Positions 20,874-32,609 of a stretch of 64,000 nt of DNA are shown piece after piece. The stretch comes from an uncultured Gammaproteobacteria bacterium (GTDB lineage Bacteria > Pseudomonadota > Gammaproteobacteria > UBA9214): the NCBI GenBank assembly GCA_963773065.1, contig CAVYZN010000017.1, forward strand, positions 1-64,000, written 5' to 3'. The notes beneath the pieces were generated by a model. It saw only the letters and a program-made list of their open reading frames with translations. It made no database searches and was not told the DNA's origin. A program made the translations under genes and the position numbers. The number at the start of each line of letters is the position of its first letter. The first letter of the stretch is position 1.

Positions 20874-21752
20874 ATGTCCAGAAAACATCCTGTCATCGCA
20901 GTTACCGGTTCATCCGGCGCCGGCACCACCACGGTCAAGGTGGCGTTTGAACATATCTTTCTGCGCGAGGGCGTCAATCCCGTCATCATCGAGGGTGACA
21001 GCTACCACCGCCATGACCGTGCCGAAATGAAGGTGGCCATGGCGAAAGCCGAGAAGGAGGGCAACCACAGCTTCAGTCACTTCGGGCCGGAGGCCAACCT
21101 CTTCGACAAGCTGGGAGAGACCTTCAAGACCTATGGCGATACCGGGGCCTGCAAACGGCGTTACTACCTGCACAGCGAGGAAGAAGCCAAACCCTACGGT
21201 CAAAAACCCGGCGAGTTCACCCCCTGGGAGGACATCGAATCCGGCACCGACCTGCTGTTCTACGAGGGCCTGCATGGCGGCGTGGTTACCGAAACGGCCG
21301 ATGTTGCCCAGTATGTCGATCTGCTGATCGGGGTGGTGCCGATCGTCAACCTGGAATGGATACAGAAGATCCACCGGGACTGCTCCCAGCGCGGCTACTC
21401 CGCCGAGGCTGTCACGGACACCATCCTGCGGCGCATGTACGATTACGTGCACTTCATCACCCCGCAGTTCTCGCGCACCGATATCAATTTCCAGCGGGTG
21501 CCGACCGTCGATACCTCCAACCCGTTCATCGCCCGCGACATCCCGACCCCGGATGAAAGCTTCGTGGTGATACGCTTCAAGGACCCGGCGAAATTCGACG
21601 TCGACTTTCCCGACCTGCTCATCATGCTGCGGGAATCGTTCATGTCGCGGCGCAACACCATTGTGGTGCCGGGCGGGAAAATGGGGTTCGCCATGGAAAT
21701 CATCCTGGCGCCGATCATCCAGAGCATGCTGGATAACCGGGCGAGCGCCTGA
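20874..21752 (+). CDS. prkB: Phosphoribulokinase
   Basis: IAVTGSSGAGT, LFYEGLHG, INFQRVPTVDTSNPF. Confidence 0.97.
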   Translation: MSRKHPVIAVTGSSGAGTTTVKVAFEHIFLREGVNPVIIEGDSYHRHDRAEMKVAMAKAEKEGNHSFSHFGPEANLFDKLGETFKTYGDTGACKRRYYLHSEEEAKPYGQKPGEFTPWEDIESGTDLLFYEGLHGGVVTETADVAQYVDLLIGVVPIVNLEWIQKIHRDCSQRGYSAEAVTDTILRRMYDYVHFITPQFSRTDINFQRVPTVDTSNPFIARDIPTPDESFVVIRFKDPAKFDVDFPDLLIMLRESFMSRRNTIVVPGGKMGFAMEIILAPIIQSMLDNRASA

Positions 21753-21770
21753 GCGGTACGCGTGCCTGTC

Positions 21771-21796
21771 GACGGGGCGGGTTTATCCGCCCCTTC
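21771..21796 (+). terminator. Hairpin after prkB
   Basis: GGGGCGGG-TTTA-TCCGCCCC. Confidence 0.5.
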
Positions 21797-21993
21797 GAAC
21801 AGCCCCCCTGCACCTGGCGTTGGCGGAATGTCATCCAGCCATTCAACTCCCGCACCCGGATCCGTGATAAGTCCTGTTAATCACCTTTCGGCCATAAAAC
21901 CATTCCGATCCATGGCTTGCATGGCGCCATTAACGTTCTATACTTTCAGCATGAGGTTATTAATGAGATAACAGAACAGGTTGGAGGGAAAGC

Positions 21994-22269
21994 GTGATTA
22001 TCACGACAACTGATCCAATTACCGGTGAGAACATTCTTAATCCGGAATTCAAACCGTTCGTCGTCGAGGGGGAGGGGCATCTCGCCATCAAGATTTACTT
22101 CGAGTCGGAAGAGACCCGCCGCGCCTATCTTGATATCGCCGTTGAAGATCCCCACCATCGCTTCGTACTGAACGAGGCAAAGCCACACCCGTCAAATCAC
22201 GGACTATGGGTGAAGACCCCAGCGGCACAACTCCGCGTGTCGCCTCCGTTTATAGATGTCAACGATTGA
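21994..22269 (+). CDS. Small hypothetical protein (YHS-like N-terminus)
   Basis: TDPITG...IYFESEE; RBS GGAGGG. Confidence 0.55.
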   Translation: MIITTTDPITGENILNPEFKPFVVEGEGHLAIKIYFESEETRRAYLDIAVEDPHHRFVLNEAKPHPSNHGLWVKTPAAQLRVSPPFIDVND

Positions 22270-22510
22270 AGCCTACCTGAAATGCTGTCGGGAACTATCC
22301 CGTTTCTGTTCCCAGAACGGGTGGATCGACAATGACTCACTGCACTTCAGCGTCATCTGGGAAAGTGACGACGAAGTCCTCGTGGATGTTAAGTTCGACG
22401 AGCTGCTGATGGAAGGCGCCGGATGTCTGGCAGGCAGAGTCAGTTGTTTTGGCCAGTTGCGGCTGTACCTCGATCCCGATGGAAAGGTCGTGCGCGCCGA
22501 AATCCTCTAA
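22256..22510 (+). CDS. Hypothetical protein
   Basis: Compact ORF upstream of glgC; FDELLMEGAGC..RVSCFG. Confidence 0.6.
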   Translation: MSTIEAYLKCCRELSRFCSQNGWIDNDSLHFSVIWESDDEVLVDVKFDELLMEGAGCLAGRVSCFGQLRLYLDPDGKVVRAEIL

Positions 22511-22659
22511 GACGCATTCTCCACCGGCCCCCTATTCTCCCCGGGCCGCCACTCGAGCGGCGGGTAACGGGAGCATGACGGGTCATTGTCTGATCAAGCG
22601 GGTATAATCCGCCAGCCAATCGGTTATCGGTCCGCACGACTCACCATCCAGGTTGCTTC

Positions 22660-23880
22660 ATGTCGCATAATGTTTTGACGATACTGCTCGCCGGGGGCGT
22701 CGGGGCACGCTTGCATCCACTCACCAGGGACCGTGCGAAACCGGCCGTGCCTTTTGGCGGCAAATACCGGATCATTGATTTCACCCTAGCCAACTGCCTG
22801 CATTCCGGCATGCGCCAGGTGCTGGTGCTGACGCAATACAAGTCACATTCCCTGCACAAGCACCTGCGTGATGGCTGGTCGATCTTCAATCCCGAGCTCG
22901 GTGAATATATCACCCCCGTACCGCCCCAGATGCGCAAGGGTGAAACCTGGTACACCGGCACCGCGGATGCCATCCACCAGAACCTGTTTCTGCTGGAGCG
23001 CGCGAATGCAGACACCGTTCTGATCCTTTCGGGCGACCACATCTATCGCATGGACTACGCCGCCATGCTCAAGTTTCATAACCGCCACGAGGCGCATGTC
23101 ACCATCGCGTGCATGAAGGTGGCATGCGCCGAGGCCGGCCAGTTCGGCATCATGAGCGTCGCTGACGACCAGCGGATCGTGGCATTCGCTGAAAAACCGG
23201 CCAGTCCGCAAACCCTACCCGGCGACCCCGGACACTGCCTGGCCTCCATGGGCATCTACATCTTCTCCAAACAGTTGCTGCTCGAGACCCTGGAAGCGGA
23301 TCATGGGAAAGCGGGCTCGGGCCACGACTTCGGCAACGACATCCTGCCGGGACTGATCAGAACACACCGCGTCTGCGCCTACCCCTTCGGCGTGTCCTCC
23401 GGCCGTGTCTCGCCGGACAATTACTGGCGCGATGTGGGAACCATCGATTCCTACTACGAGGCCAACATGGATCTGCTCAGGCCGGTCCCCTCGCTAAACC
23501 TCTACCAGGATGACTGGCCCATCCGCACCTACCAGTCACAGCCGCCGCCGGCACGCACGGTTCCCGGCGCATCGGGCAATGAGGGTATTTCCATCAACTC
23601 CATCATCGCGGGAGGCGTGATCATCGCCGGGGGCAGCGTGCAGCATTCGCTTCTCTTTCCGCGCGTCTATGTGGGCGATGAGAGCGTGGTCAGGGATTCC
23701 ATCCTGTTTGAGCGGGTGCGCATCGGCGATAACGTGAAACTGCGCAACTGCATCATCGATAAGGGTGTCCAGGTGCCTGCCGGCGAAACCATCGGCCTGG
23801 ATCCCGGGAAAGACAGGTCGCGGTTTACCCTCTCCGCCAACGGCATCGTGGTCGTGCCGAAGAATTACCGGTTCAGTTGA
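22660..23880 (+). CDS. glgC: Glucose-1-phosphate adenylyltransferase
   Basis: [39 protein letters not shown]. Confidence 0.97.
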   Translation: MSHNVLTILLAGGVGARLHPLTRDRAKPAVPFGGKYRIIDFTLANCLHSGMRQVLVLTQYKSHSLHKHLRDGWSIFNPELGEYITPVPPQMRKGETWYTGTADAIHQNLFLLERANADTVLILSGDHIYRMDYAAMLKFHNRHEAHVTIACMKVACAEAGQFGIMSVADDQRIVAFAEKPASPQTLPGDPGHCLASMGIYIFSKQLLLETLEADHGKAGSGHDFGNDILPGLIRTHRVCAYPFGVSSGRVSPDNYWRDVGTIDSYYEANMDLLRPVPSLNLYQDDWPIRTYQSQPPPARTVPGASGNEGISINSIIAGGVIIAGGSVQHSLLFPRVYVGDESVVRDSILFERVRIGDNVKLRNCIIDKGVQVPAGETIGLDPGKDRSRFTLSANGIVVVPKNYRFS

Positions 23881-23969
23881 TGCACGTAGCGCCGGGCACA
23901 TGTCGAGTAGAATGCGCGCATTCCAGCGAACCGACAAATACCGGCTTCTGAGCGGCCAAGGAGGTAGCG

Positions 23970-25070
23970 ATGCACCCACCCGCTGTTTCATCGGTAACCG
24001 AGGCTGCCCGGGCAGCCCATGACCGCCAGCTTGCCCTGTGGCTCATGATCTGCTGCGCCATGGTCTATGCCATGGTGGTACTCGGCGGCGTGACCCGACT
24101 GACGGGCTCGGGGCTGTCGATGGTCGAGTGGGACCCGATATTCGGCGTCGTGCCGCCACTCGGCGAGGCGGAGTGGGAGGCGACTTTCAGCCTCTACCGG
24201 GAGTCACCCGAATACCAGAAGATCAACGTCGGCATGGACCTGCACGGCTTCAAGCAGATCTACTGGTTCGAGTTCGCCCACCGCCTCCTGGGACGCGCCA
24301 TCGGGCTCGTGTTCCTGCTCCCGTTTCTCTTCTTCCTGTTCTCCGGCCGCATACGCCGGCCGCTGATACCCAAGCTGGTTACAATGTTCGCCTTGGGCGG
24401 GCTGCAGGGCGTGCTCGGCTGGTACATGGTCAAAAGCGGCCTGGTGGACAACCCGCACGTCAGCCAGTACCGGCTCACGGCACACCTGGCGGCGGCCCTC
24501 GTCATTTATGCCTACATGCTCTGGGTTGCCCTCGGCCTGTGGACGAACGCTGAGCGGGTGGCGCCATCACCTGCGCCGCGCGGCCTGCGCCGGTTCGCCG
24601 CGCTGCTGGGCTGTCTAGTCTTCATCACGGCACTTTCCGGCGGCTTCGTGGCCGGGCTAAAGGCGGGTTTTGCCTACAACACCTTTCCGCTGATGGACGG
24701 CCGCTGGATACCCGAGGCCATGTTCATGCTGGCGCCGGCGTGGCGTAACTACTTCGAGAACATCGCGACGGTGCAGTTCGACCACCGCCTGTTGGCCACC
24801 CTCGTGTTTGTGAGTGTTGTGATCTTCTGGCGGGTGGCGCGGCGTTACCCGATTTCAGGACCAGCGCGCGTCGGCGTGCATGCCCTGCTGGCCGCCGCCC
24901 TTTTGCAGGTCACGCTGGGCATCTCTACCCTGCTGCTGCATGTGCCGACCGCACTGGCCGCCACCCACCAGGCCGGCGCCCTGCTGCTGCTGACGGTCAT
25001 CCTGTTCGTCAATCATCGCCTGATTTACGCAGGGGCCGGTGCGCCGGAAGGGTTTGTCGGAAAAAGTTGA
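23970..25070 (+). CDS. ctaA: Heme A synthase (COX15/CtaA)
   Basis: GGVTRLTGSGLS, WFEFAHRLLGR, VSQYRLTAHL. Confidence 0.93.
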   Translation: MHPPAVSSVTEAARAAHDRQLALWLMICCAMVYAMVVLGGVTRLTGSGLSMVEWDPIFGVVPPLGEAEWEATFSLYRESPEYQKINVGMDLHGFKQIYWFEFAHRLLGRAIGLVFLLPFLFFLFSGRIRRPLIPKLVTMFALGGLQGVLGWYMVKSGLVDNPHVSQYRLTAHLAAALVIYAYMLWVALGLWTNAERVAPSPAPRGLRRFAALLGCLVFITALSGGFVAGLKAGFAYNTFPLMDGRWIPEAMFMLAPAWRNYFENIATVQFDHRLLATLVFVSVVIFWRVARRYPISGPARVGVHALLAAALLQVTLGISTLLLHVPTALAATHQAGALLLLTVILFVNHRLIYAGAGAPEGFVGKS

Positions 25071-25076
25071 GGAGAA

Positions 25077-25103
25077 TACCGGCAGGCCACCGGCCTGCCG
25101 GTA
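25077..25103. terminator. Hairpin between convergent genes
   Basis: TACCGGCAGGCC-ACC-GGCCTGCCGGTA. Confidence 0.7.
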
Positions 25104-25115
25104 ACAGACTGCTGG

Positions 25116-25430
25116 TTACAGGCTGCTGAAATACGCGGCGACGTTCTCGACGTCCGCATCCGTCAGCGGCTTGGCCATGCTGCTCATCACAGGGTCGGTA
25201 CGGGTCCCGTCACGGAAGGCCTTGAGCTGTTTGACGAGATAACCCGCCTTCTGCCCCTTCAGGTTCGGGTACAGCGGGAAGGTGGCGGGGCTCATGCCGT
25301 CGGCACCGTGGCAAGCGGCGCAGACCGCGGAGGCCTTGGCCTTGCCTGCCGCCGCGTCACCGGCGGCCAGCACGGCACCGCTCAGACCAAGCAATACGCC
25401 CATCGTAATCACACTCGCAAGTTTCTTCAT
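25116..25430 (-). CDS. Monoheme cytochrome c (c553/c4-like)
   Basis: Signal peptide, CAACH, YPNLKGQ. Confidence 0.93.
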   Translation of the reverse strand: MKKLASVITMGVLLGLSGAVLAAGDAAAGKAKASAVCAACHGADGMSPATFPLYPNLKGQKAGYLVKQLKAFRDGTRTDPVMSSMAKPLTDADVENVAAYFSSL

Positions 25431-25708
25431 TTTCCTGACTCCACTGGGTTGTTGGAACTGTTCATATACCTGGTAAAGGAGAACGAAATAACGTTCGGTT
25501 TGCAAACTGATGCGTGCAGTATCACCGCACGAGGGGAGCTAGTCTATTAAAAAAGAGTAATATTATTCAACTACGGGGTTCCAGATCCTTATGAAACAGC
25601 AGGTTAAAAATAGTAATGCAATCCGGAATGCCTATTTGGCCAGCCAGAACCACCAGACAATCAGCGCCATCAGCACGCAGCCAGCGATGTTCACCCAGAG
25701 ATCGGGGC

Positions 25709-27946
25709 TCATAAAGTACCCGCGCCGGGACGAAACCGGCGCAGACGGTTCGCATTGCTGACGACAGTCACCGACGACAGTGCCATGGCCGCCCCGGCTA
25801 TCATCGGATTGAGCAGCATGCCGGTGAGCGGGTAAAACGCGCCGGCGGCAATCGGGATACCGAGGCTGTTATAGACGAACGCCCCAAACAGGTTCTGCCA
25901 GATATTGCGCACCGTGGCATGGGAAATGGCAATGGCATCGGCCACGCCCTGCAGGGATCCGCCGATCAGCGTCACATCGGCGCTTTCGATGGCGACATCC
26001 GTGCCGGTAGCGAGCGCAAACCCGACATCGGCGCGCGCCAGTACCGGCGCATCGTTGATGCCGTCGCCGACCATCGCCACAACTTCGCCCCGTTCCTGCA
26101 GGGCGGCGACGTGCGCCGCCTTGCCATCTGGCAACACCTCGGCCAGGAATTCAGGAATGCCGACAGCCTGCGCCACGGCCTGCGCCGTGGCGCGTGCATC
26201 CCCGGTCAGCATCACCACCCGCAGGCCGCGCGCCTTGAGGCGTGTGATCGCCGCGGCCGAATCCGCCTTGACGGGATCGGCGACGGTGATCATGCCCGCC
26301 AGCTCATCATCGACGGCGACGAAGACCGACGACTGGCCCGCGGCGGCCCGGGCTTCGTACTGGCGCAGCAGGGCGCCGATGTTTATGCCATGGTCATGCA
26401 GCAGTTTGGCGTTGCCCAGCAGCACCCTGCGCCCCTCGATCTTGCCGCTCACCCCGTGTCCGGCTATCGCCTCGAATCCTTGCACCCGTGCCGGTTCGAT
26501 CGCGCGCGAGCGCGCGGCCGCCACGATCGCCCCGGCCATGGCATGTTCCGACCCGGCCTCGACACCGGCGGCAAAAGCGAGCAGGCCGGATTCATCCCAA
26601 CCGGATGCCATCTCGACGCTCATCACCCGGGGCTGCCCTTCCGTGACCGTACCGGTCTTGTCGAGCACGACCGTGGTCACCTGACGGGCGCGCTGCAATG
26701 CTTCGCCATTGCGGATCAGGATACCCTGTTCCGCCGCCTTGCCGATGCCCACCATGATGGAGATCGGGGTCGCAAGCCCCAGGGCGCAGGGGCAGGCGAT
26801 CACCAGCACGGTTATGGCGGTCACGATGCCGTAACCGGTCCTTGGATCGGGCCCGAAATTGAACCACGCCAGGAATGTCATGACGGATATCAGCAGCACG
26901 GCGGGCACGAAGACGCTGGTCACCCGGTCGACCAAACGGGCCACCGGTGGCCTGGAGCCCTGCGCCGTGCGCACCATCTCGATGATATGCGCCAGCACCG
27001 TATCCTTGCCGATGCGGTTGGTCCTGATCAGGAAACTGCCGGTCCGGTTGAGCGTACCGCCGACAACCTCATCACCCGGAGCTTTGTCCACTGGCAGCGG
27101 CTCCCCCGTCAGCATGGATTCATCGACGCTGGAGCGTCCCTCGATGATGAGGCCATCGACCGGGATCTTCTCGCCGGGATGGATGCGGACGGTTTCATCG
27201 AGCCCGACCCTCTCGATCGGAATGTCCGTTTCCCTCCCCTCGCGGATCACGCGGGCGGTCCGGGGTTGCAAACCAATCAGCTTTTTAATGGCCTGCGACG
27301 AGCGGCTCCGCGCCTTCAGCTCGAGCGCTGCGCCGAGATTGAGCAACGCGAGTATCACGGCGGCGGCCTCGAAATAGGCGTGTCGGGCCAGGGTGGGTAT
27401 CTGCTCGGGAAACAGCACCACCGCCATGGAATACAGCCACGCGCTGCCGGTACCCAGCGCAATCAGGGTGTCCATGTTGGCGTTATGACGGCGCAGGGAC
27501 TGCCAGGCGCCGGTAAAAAAGTGGCCTCCCGAGTAGATCAGCACGGTGAGCGTGGCGATTCCGGCACCGAGCCAGAACAGCGAGCCCTTTGGATAGGAGA
27601 CAGCCGGCAACAGACCCAGCCAGTCACCGGCCATCAGCGGCGCACCGACCAGCGCAGCCAGCATGGCCTTGCGCAGCAGGCGGCGGTAATGGCCGGCTTC
27701 GAGGGCCTCCCGTTCGGCCAGGTCTTCCGGGCCGGTCATTTCGGCGGCGTTATAACCGGCGGCAACGATGGCCTTGACCAGCGCTTCGACCGGCGCCTCG
27801 CCAGTCACCCGTGCCGTATGTTCGGCGAAATTGACCTCGGCCGAGGCCACACCCGGCACCGCCTGCAGCGCCTTCTGAACGCTGGATACACAACCGGCAC
27901 AACTCATACCGGAAACGGACAGGTGAACAACGGGCTTCTCTGACAT
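25709..27946 (-). CDS. copA: Copper-translocating P1B ATPase
   Basis: GMSCAGC, CPC, DKTGT, GDGIND, YN and MALSS motifs. Confidence 0.95.
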   Translation of the reverse strand: MSEKPVVHLSVSGMSCAGCVSSVQKALQAVPGVASAEVNFAEHTARVTGEAPVEALVKAIVAAGYNAAEMTGPEDLAEREALEAGHYRRLLRKAMLAALVGAPLMAGDWLGLLPAVSYPKGSLFWLGAGIATLTVLIYSGGHFFTGAWQSLRRHNANMDTLIALGTGSAWLYSMAVVLFPEQIPTLARHAYFEAAAVILALLNLGAALELKARSRSSQAIKKLIGLQPRTARVIREGRETDIPIERVGLDETVRIHPGEKIPVDGLIIEGRSSVDESMLTGEPLPVDKAPGDEVVGGTLNRTGSFLIRTNRIGKDTVLAHIIEMVRTAQGSRPPVARLVDRVTSVFVPAVLLISVMTFLAWFNFGPDPRTGYGIVTAITVLVIACPCALGLATPISIMVGIGKAAEQGILIRNGEALQRARQVTTVVLDKTGTVTEGQPRVMSVEMASGWDESGLLAFAAGVEAGSEHAMAGAIVAAARSRAIEPARVQGFEAIAGHGVSGKIEGRRVLLGNAKLLHDHGINIGALLRQYEARAAAGQSSVFVAVDDELAGMITVADPVKADSAAAITRLKARGLRVVMLTGDARATAQAVAQAVGIPEFLAEVLPDGKAAHVAALQERGEVVAMVGDGINDAPVLARADVGFALATGTDVAIESADVTLIGGSLQGVADAIAISHATVRNIWQNLFGAFVYNSLGIPIAAGAFYPLTGMLLNPMIAGAAMALSSVTVVSNANRLRRFRPGAGTL

Positions 27947-28124
27947 GACTGGACACGACCGGGAACGGCTGGAATCAACTTCATCTTACTGCAAACCTGT
28001 TGCGGGCGCAGGCGAACCGCCCGCTCTGCGTATTGTGAGCCCAGGCAGCTACGGCAAGTTGCAAGCCAACAGGGCACGTCATGGGATCAGACAGTTACTA
28101 AGACCGACACGAGTCATTCCAGTG

Positions 28125-28236
28125 GGTCCGGGATGGGCTCGCCGGGACCGTGTGACGCCAGGACGGCGGCACCCGAGCCTACAGGGATGTATTCACGGCG
28201 TGTCCCGGCAAGCCCATCCCGGACCGTGCGCCCGCA
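28125..28236 (+). repeat. ~110-bp palindromic MITE/REP-like element, copy 1
   Basis: Terminal stem GGTCCGGGATGGGCT...AGCCCATCCCGGACC; homologue in reverse orientation at 62336-62447. Confidence 0.8.
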
Positions 28237-28260
28237 GTCCAGCCGGATCAGCGTGATGTG

Positions 28261-28704
28261 TTATGCGCCCAACAAACGCCGCCACCAGCGCCGGCGGCTG
28301 GCCGGCAACCAGGCATTCGCGTTGAGGTCAGAGGGCCGCAATTTGGAAAGTATCCAGCCGGGCAAGGGCGGGTTCTCGCTGTAACCACAGGATACGCCCA
28401 GGTTGTTGGGATCGAAGATCTTGACGAGTTGCGGTGATTCGAACGAGTCGGCATACACGATGCCGCAATAATCCTCATCGTGTTCCTGGCGCAGCAACTG
28501 GTTTATCTCCGACAGGAAAGTTCGCAACAGCTCTCCGCTTACCGGTTCTCCCGGCGGTGCTTCGCCGGTAACATAGATGTGCCATCCATTATCCGCGTCG
28601 CGGCGCAGCACCTCCCAGAGCTGCTCCAGTTGTTCCCAGCGCAGGACGTTCCGGAACCGGCCGCGGAAGGCCGCGGTGAACGGATCTGTCGCTGGCGTGT
28701 CCAT
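28261..28704 (-). CDS. Conserved hypothetical protein
   Basis: HDEDYCGIVYAD...KIFDPNNLGVSCG. Confidence 0.75.
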   Translation of the reverse strand: MDTPATDPFTAAFRGRFRNVLRWEQLEQLWEVLRRDADNGWHIYVTGEAPPGEPVSGELLRTFLSEINQLLRQEHDEDYCGIVYADSFESPQLVKIFDPNNLGVSCGYSENPPLPGWILSKLRPSDLNANAWLPASRRRWWRRLLGA

Positions 28705-28886
28705 GATGGATATACCCTGCAAATTTGTTGTTTCTAAGCGAATACACCGGGGGCTGGATCGGGTGTCATTCCACCAGACTCCCACGCATGCGGGCGGAGG
28801 GATTCCACGGGGTGTATGTTTACCCGGCACCCACGGGAACGCATATTGATAGTACCTTTTCTGAACAACAACAGGCGAGACATATC

Positions 28887-29556
28887 ATGGATCCGGACTT
28901 CTGGCATGAACGCTGGAAAACGAATCAGATCGGTTTTCATCAGGGTGATATCAATCCCTATCTCATCCGCTACTGGCCGTCCCTGGGGCTGAACACGGGC
29001 GCACGCGTCTTTGTACCCCTGTGCGGCAAAAGCCGGGATATGTTCTGGCTGCTGCAGCAGGGGTACTCTGTGGTGGGCGTCGAGATCAGTCCGATTGCGG
29101 TGGAATCCTTCTTCGCCGAAAACCGGCTCACGCCCGCCGCAACCCGGGAATCCCGCTTCATACGGTGGAGGATCGATGCACTTGAAATCCTGTGCGGTGA
29201 TTTCTTTGAATTGGAAAAAGGCGACATCGGGAACTGCCAGGGCGTATATGACCGGGCGGCGTTGATTGCCCTGCCGCCAGACATGCGTCCCCGTTACGTC
29301 GCCCACCTTTCAACCCTGCTGGACCCGCATGCCAGCAGGACTCCTGGTGACCCTTGAGTACAATCAGTCTGAGATGGGGGGGCCGCCGTTCTCGGTGAGC
29401 GATGCGGAGGTATCACGGCTGTTCGCGGAGACTTATTCCGTTCAGCTACTTTGCCGAACCGATATTCTTAAATCAAAAGCGAGATTCAGGGAACAGGGCC
29501 TCACTCGCTTGAGCGAACAGGCCTGGCGTGTGGACAGAAACAAGCGAGTGAGCTGA
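28887..29556 (+). CDS. tpm: Thiopurine S-methyltransferase (frameshift near 29330)
   Basis: FWHERW..NQIGFH, VFVPLCGKS, YDRAALIALP, GPPFSV. Confidence 0.92.
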
Positions 29557-29839
29557 ACCGTTCGCTGGCAAAAACGGCGGAGGGGACCATGGACTTTCCG
29601 ATTGAACGAATCACTTATCCGTTGCCGCATGGCACCATCCTCTGCAAGCTGGTGATGAGGAACAACGACTGCATTAGACCACGTAATGTCCTTACCCAGC
29701 CGGGCGCTGTTTACCTGAGTATGCGTAATCAAGGTGCAATCGCCGGATGCACGGCCTGCTGGAAATCAAGCCGGTAGGGCAAACAACCGCGGTCCTTGAT
29801 CAAGGAAAACAAGGTTGCCGATTGTTACAGGGGTCCGCA

Positions 29840-30445
29840 TCAAGGATACAACAGCGTCTTGGACCAACCGTCCGCACGCTTCTCATATAGCACCCGTTCG
29901 TGCAGTCGATGCCAGCCGGACTTCCAGAATTCAATCCGTACCGGAATAACTCGATAGCCAATCCAGTGCGGCGGGCGTGGGACCGTGTCATCCAGGAACC
30001 TGGCATGCGCCTCCGCCACTCTTTTCTCGAGCGCTTCCCGGGCATCCAGGGGCCTGGACTGCTGTGATGCCCAAGCACCAAGTTGACTGTCACGCGGGCG
30101 AGTCTCCCAATAGTTATCAGATTCTTGTGCACTGATGGGGTACGCACCCCCCTCGATGCGCACCTGGCGCATCAATGGCTGCCAGAAGAAACACAGCGAG
30201 ACGTAGGCATTTTCCAGCAGCTCATCACCCTTGCGACTCTGGCTGTTGGTAAAGAAAACGAAGCCGCGCTCGTCAAAACTCTTCAACAGCATAGTGCGAG
30301 CCGATGGCCGGCCTTGCGCATTCGCCGTGGCAAGCGTCATTGCGGTCGGTTCACGCAAATCAGTCTTGCAAGCCGCGTCCAGCCAGTCCTGGAACATAAC
30401 CAACGCTTCCTGATAAAGCATCGCAAAATGTGTCATGACACCCAT
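29840..30445 (-). CDS. pdxH: Pyridoxamine 5'-phosphate oxidase
   Basis: EPTAMTLAT, PSAR..LLK, IEFW....RLHER. Confidence 0.95.
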   Translation of the reverse strand: MGVMTHFAMLYQEALVMFQDWLDAACKTDLREPTAMTLATANAQGRPSARTMLLKSFDERGFVFFTNSQSRKGDELLENAYVSLCFFWQPLMRQVRIEGGAYPISAQESDNYWETRPRDSQLGAWASQQSRPLDAREALEKRVAEAHARFLDDTVPRPPHWIGYRVIPVRIEFWKSGWHRLHERVLYEKRADGWSKTLLYP

Positions 30446-30897
30446 CCAAACTGCCCGTGACTATCGATATAACGAATCATAATTCAATCGGTTTGTAAAA
30501 CGAGCTGAGATTTGTTAATTAATCTTCAATTAATCAGACACATAAATTAACCACACCGGCCCGCCTAGATGGCTATAGCCGATTTTTTATCACTACCTTC
30601 CAGGCGAACATCGACGCAAGTCATGGCACTCTCATGTCGAGCAACGTTTATCAGTAGCTTCTAGGAAATCTGCACTGATCAACAGAAATGTCCACAAAAC
30701 CGCGGTCGTCGGATGCGGATTTGTTGCCGGATGTAGCGAGTATCAATGGGATATTCAGGTGCTTAATCAGCAATAAGTTGATGATCGGCGTTAAGCCGGC
30801 ATGAATATGCACGACAGAATTGACAAAGATCAAGTTGCTGCCTCTGCGTAAACTGAATAATGAAGATAATTCTGGCGATTAAAAAAGAGGAAATCAC

Positions 30898-31288
30898 GTG
30901 GAACTACTCATCATCCTGATCATCGCCAGTCTGGTAATAACCATTATCATGGGCGGCACCTTTCTAACCTGCCAGCGGGTCCAGGATTATTGCGCATTGG
31001 AAGCGAAACGTGAGGAACTCATGACACGCGTACGCAATATGCCGACTTGGTAGGATGTTGCAAAGCCTGAACATCAATATTCGTGACTATGTGTGCAAAT
31101 TCCCCCCCTCTGCAATCACCGGCCATATGAGTAACTGCCAGAAGTGCGATGCCTCGACTGCCTGCGATGCATATCTTGCTGATGACCGGCGGGAAATCAG
31201 TACCCCTCGCGAGTTTTGCCCCAACATAACTGAATTTGACAGCCTCAGGGATGAAACATCCGATAATCCGGCTCGCACACACAATTAG
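30898..31288 (+). CDS. Small membrane-anchored Cys-rich protein (DUF6455-like; frameshifted)
   Basis: RBS and GTG at 30898, TM segment, C-terminal CQKC....C...FCPN. Confidence 0.55.
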
Positions 31289-31877
31289 AATAGAAAACAG
31301 AGCCCATTGTTCCGGCGGGAACCTTCTTGCCAACGCATACATGATCACCCGCCCGGCACGTCAATCGACTGCCCGTTTTCATTCGGAGGTACTCACATCA
31401 TGGAAGATAGTACGAAGGTCACTTTCCAAGCGCTAGAAAATAAACCGATCGACCGCATCGGTGGCAGATAGGGAATCATCTGACTGCTCTTTCTCTGCAA
31501 GGTTCCTGACCTCGTCGATCTTCCCAAAGAACACGATCCTGTATTTATCCGTTTTGTAACCCATGCCGGTGAACCCAATACCCACGCGCTGGACACGCCA
31601 GATGGCATAACCGTGATCACGAATTGATTCCTGCAACGGCGAGCATGGACTAGGGAAACGGCGACACTGACCGGGCCATGAGGATTTCCCCTGCATTGAC
31701 AGGTGCGGGGAACTGCCAAATTAACCAAACCATCCCTGCCTCATTACGCAGCTAGGGCCAAGCTTGCAGTGAAACAAAATACAGCTATTGAAATCAGATA
31801 CATGGAACACATGTTCGCATACAGAAAACCACTCGCCAGAAACCTAACTGTGTGCTATGGTTTGGAGTCGCTAGTTG

Positions 31878-31953
31878 TTGATTAAAGTCAAGTTACTACA
31901 ACATCAAGCTTAGAAATATATTAATAAACTGGTGTACATTTGACTTAAATCAA
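31878..31953. promoter_or_regulatory. Two FNR/CRP-like boxes upstream of the sulfur-globule gene
   Basis: TTGAT-TAAA-GTCAA (31878-31891) and TTGAC-TTAA-ATCAA (31940-31953). Confidence 0.6.
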
Positions 31954-32042
31954 AATACTCAGCAGGCAACTACCACAGTAATGGATATCGTCTTCAACCG
32001 AGACATATCTGTGTTTAACTTCAATAAAGGAGTGCAAGCTTT

Positions 32043-32462
32043 ATGAATACAGTGAAAACTTCCATTGCAGCAGCTTTCATTGCCGGTATTGCGGCTCTCC
32101 CGATAACCTCCGCCCAGGCTTGGTGGGGCGGCGGTCCGTGGGGTGGTGGTCCCGGTGGTTGGGGCGACGGCTGGGGTAATGACGGCTGGGGTGATGGCTG
32201 GGGTGACGGCTGGGGTGATATGGACTTCAGCATGAGCGCTGGCGGCCACGGCAGTGGTTATGGTCGTGGGCGTGGTTATGGTTATGGACGTGGTTATGGT
32301 TATGGCTACGGTTATCCCGGCTATTATGGCTATGGCTATGGTGGCTATCCGGGTTATGGTGGCTGGGGTGGTCCCTATGGTGGTTATCCCGGTGCCTATG
32401 GTGCTCCTGTTTATGCTCCCCCGGCGGCAGCTCCTGCCGCACCCGCTACCAAGAGCGAGTAA
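32043..32462 (+). CDS. Sulfur globule envelope protein (SgpA/B-like)
   Basis: Signal peptide ending AQA; (GWGD)n, DFSMS, (GYG)n and Pro/Tyr-rich tail. Confidence 0.85.
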   Translation: MNTVKTSIAAAFIAGIAALPITSAQAWWGGGPWGGGPGGWGDGWGNDGWGDGWGDGWGDMDFSMSAGGHGSGYGRGRGYGYGRGYGYGYGYPGYYGYGYGGYPGYGGWGGPYGGYPGAYGAPVYAPPAAAPAAPATKSE

Positions 32463-32609
32463 CACGCAGTCAATTTGTCAGCATCTGCACAGGGACGTGC
32501 ATGTGCTGGCATCTATCATCCATCTGCTGTATAAAGCGGATTCAGTCAGGCTAGCGAATACTTGGCCTGTTGTCGTTTTAATCAACTAACCGCATACACA
32601 GAGGCCTAC

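Noticed and set aside
25905-27943. Long antisense ORFs (e.g. 25919-27943, 52096-54069, 17162-18601)
   Set aside because: They are shadow ORFs opposite well-supported GC-rich genes.
32120-32400. GGCTGGGGTGA(C/T) and GGTTAT DNA repeats
   Set aside because: They are explained by the GWGD/GY repeats of the sulfur-globule protein.
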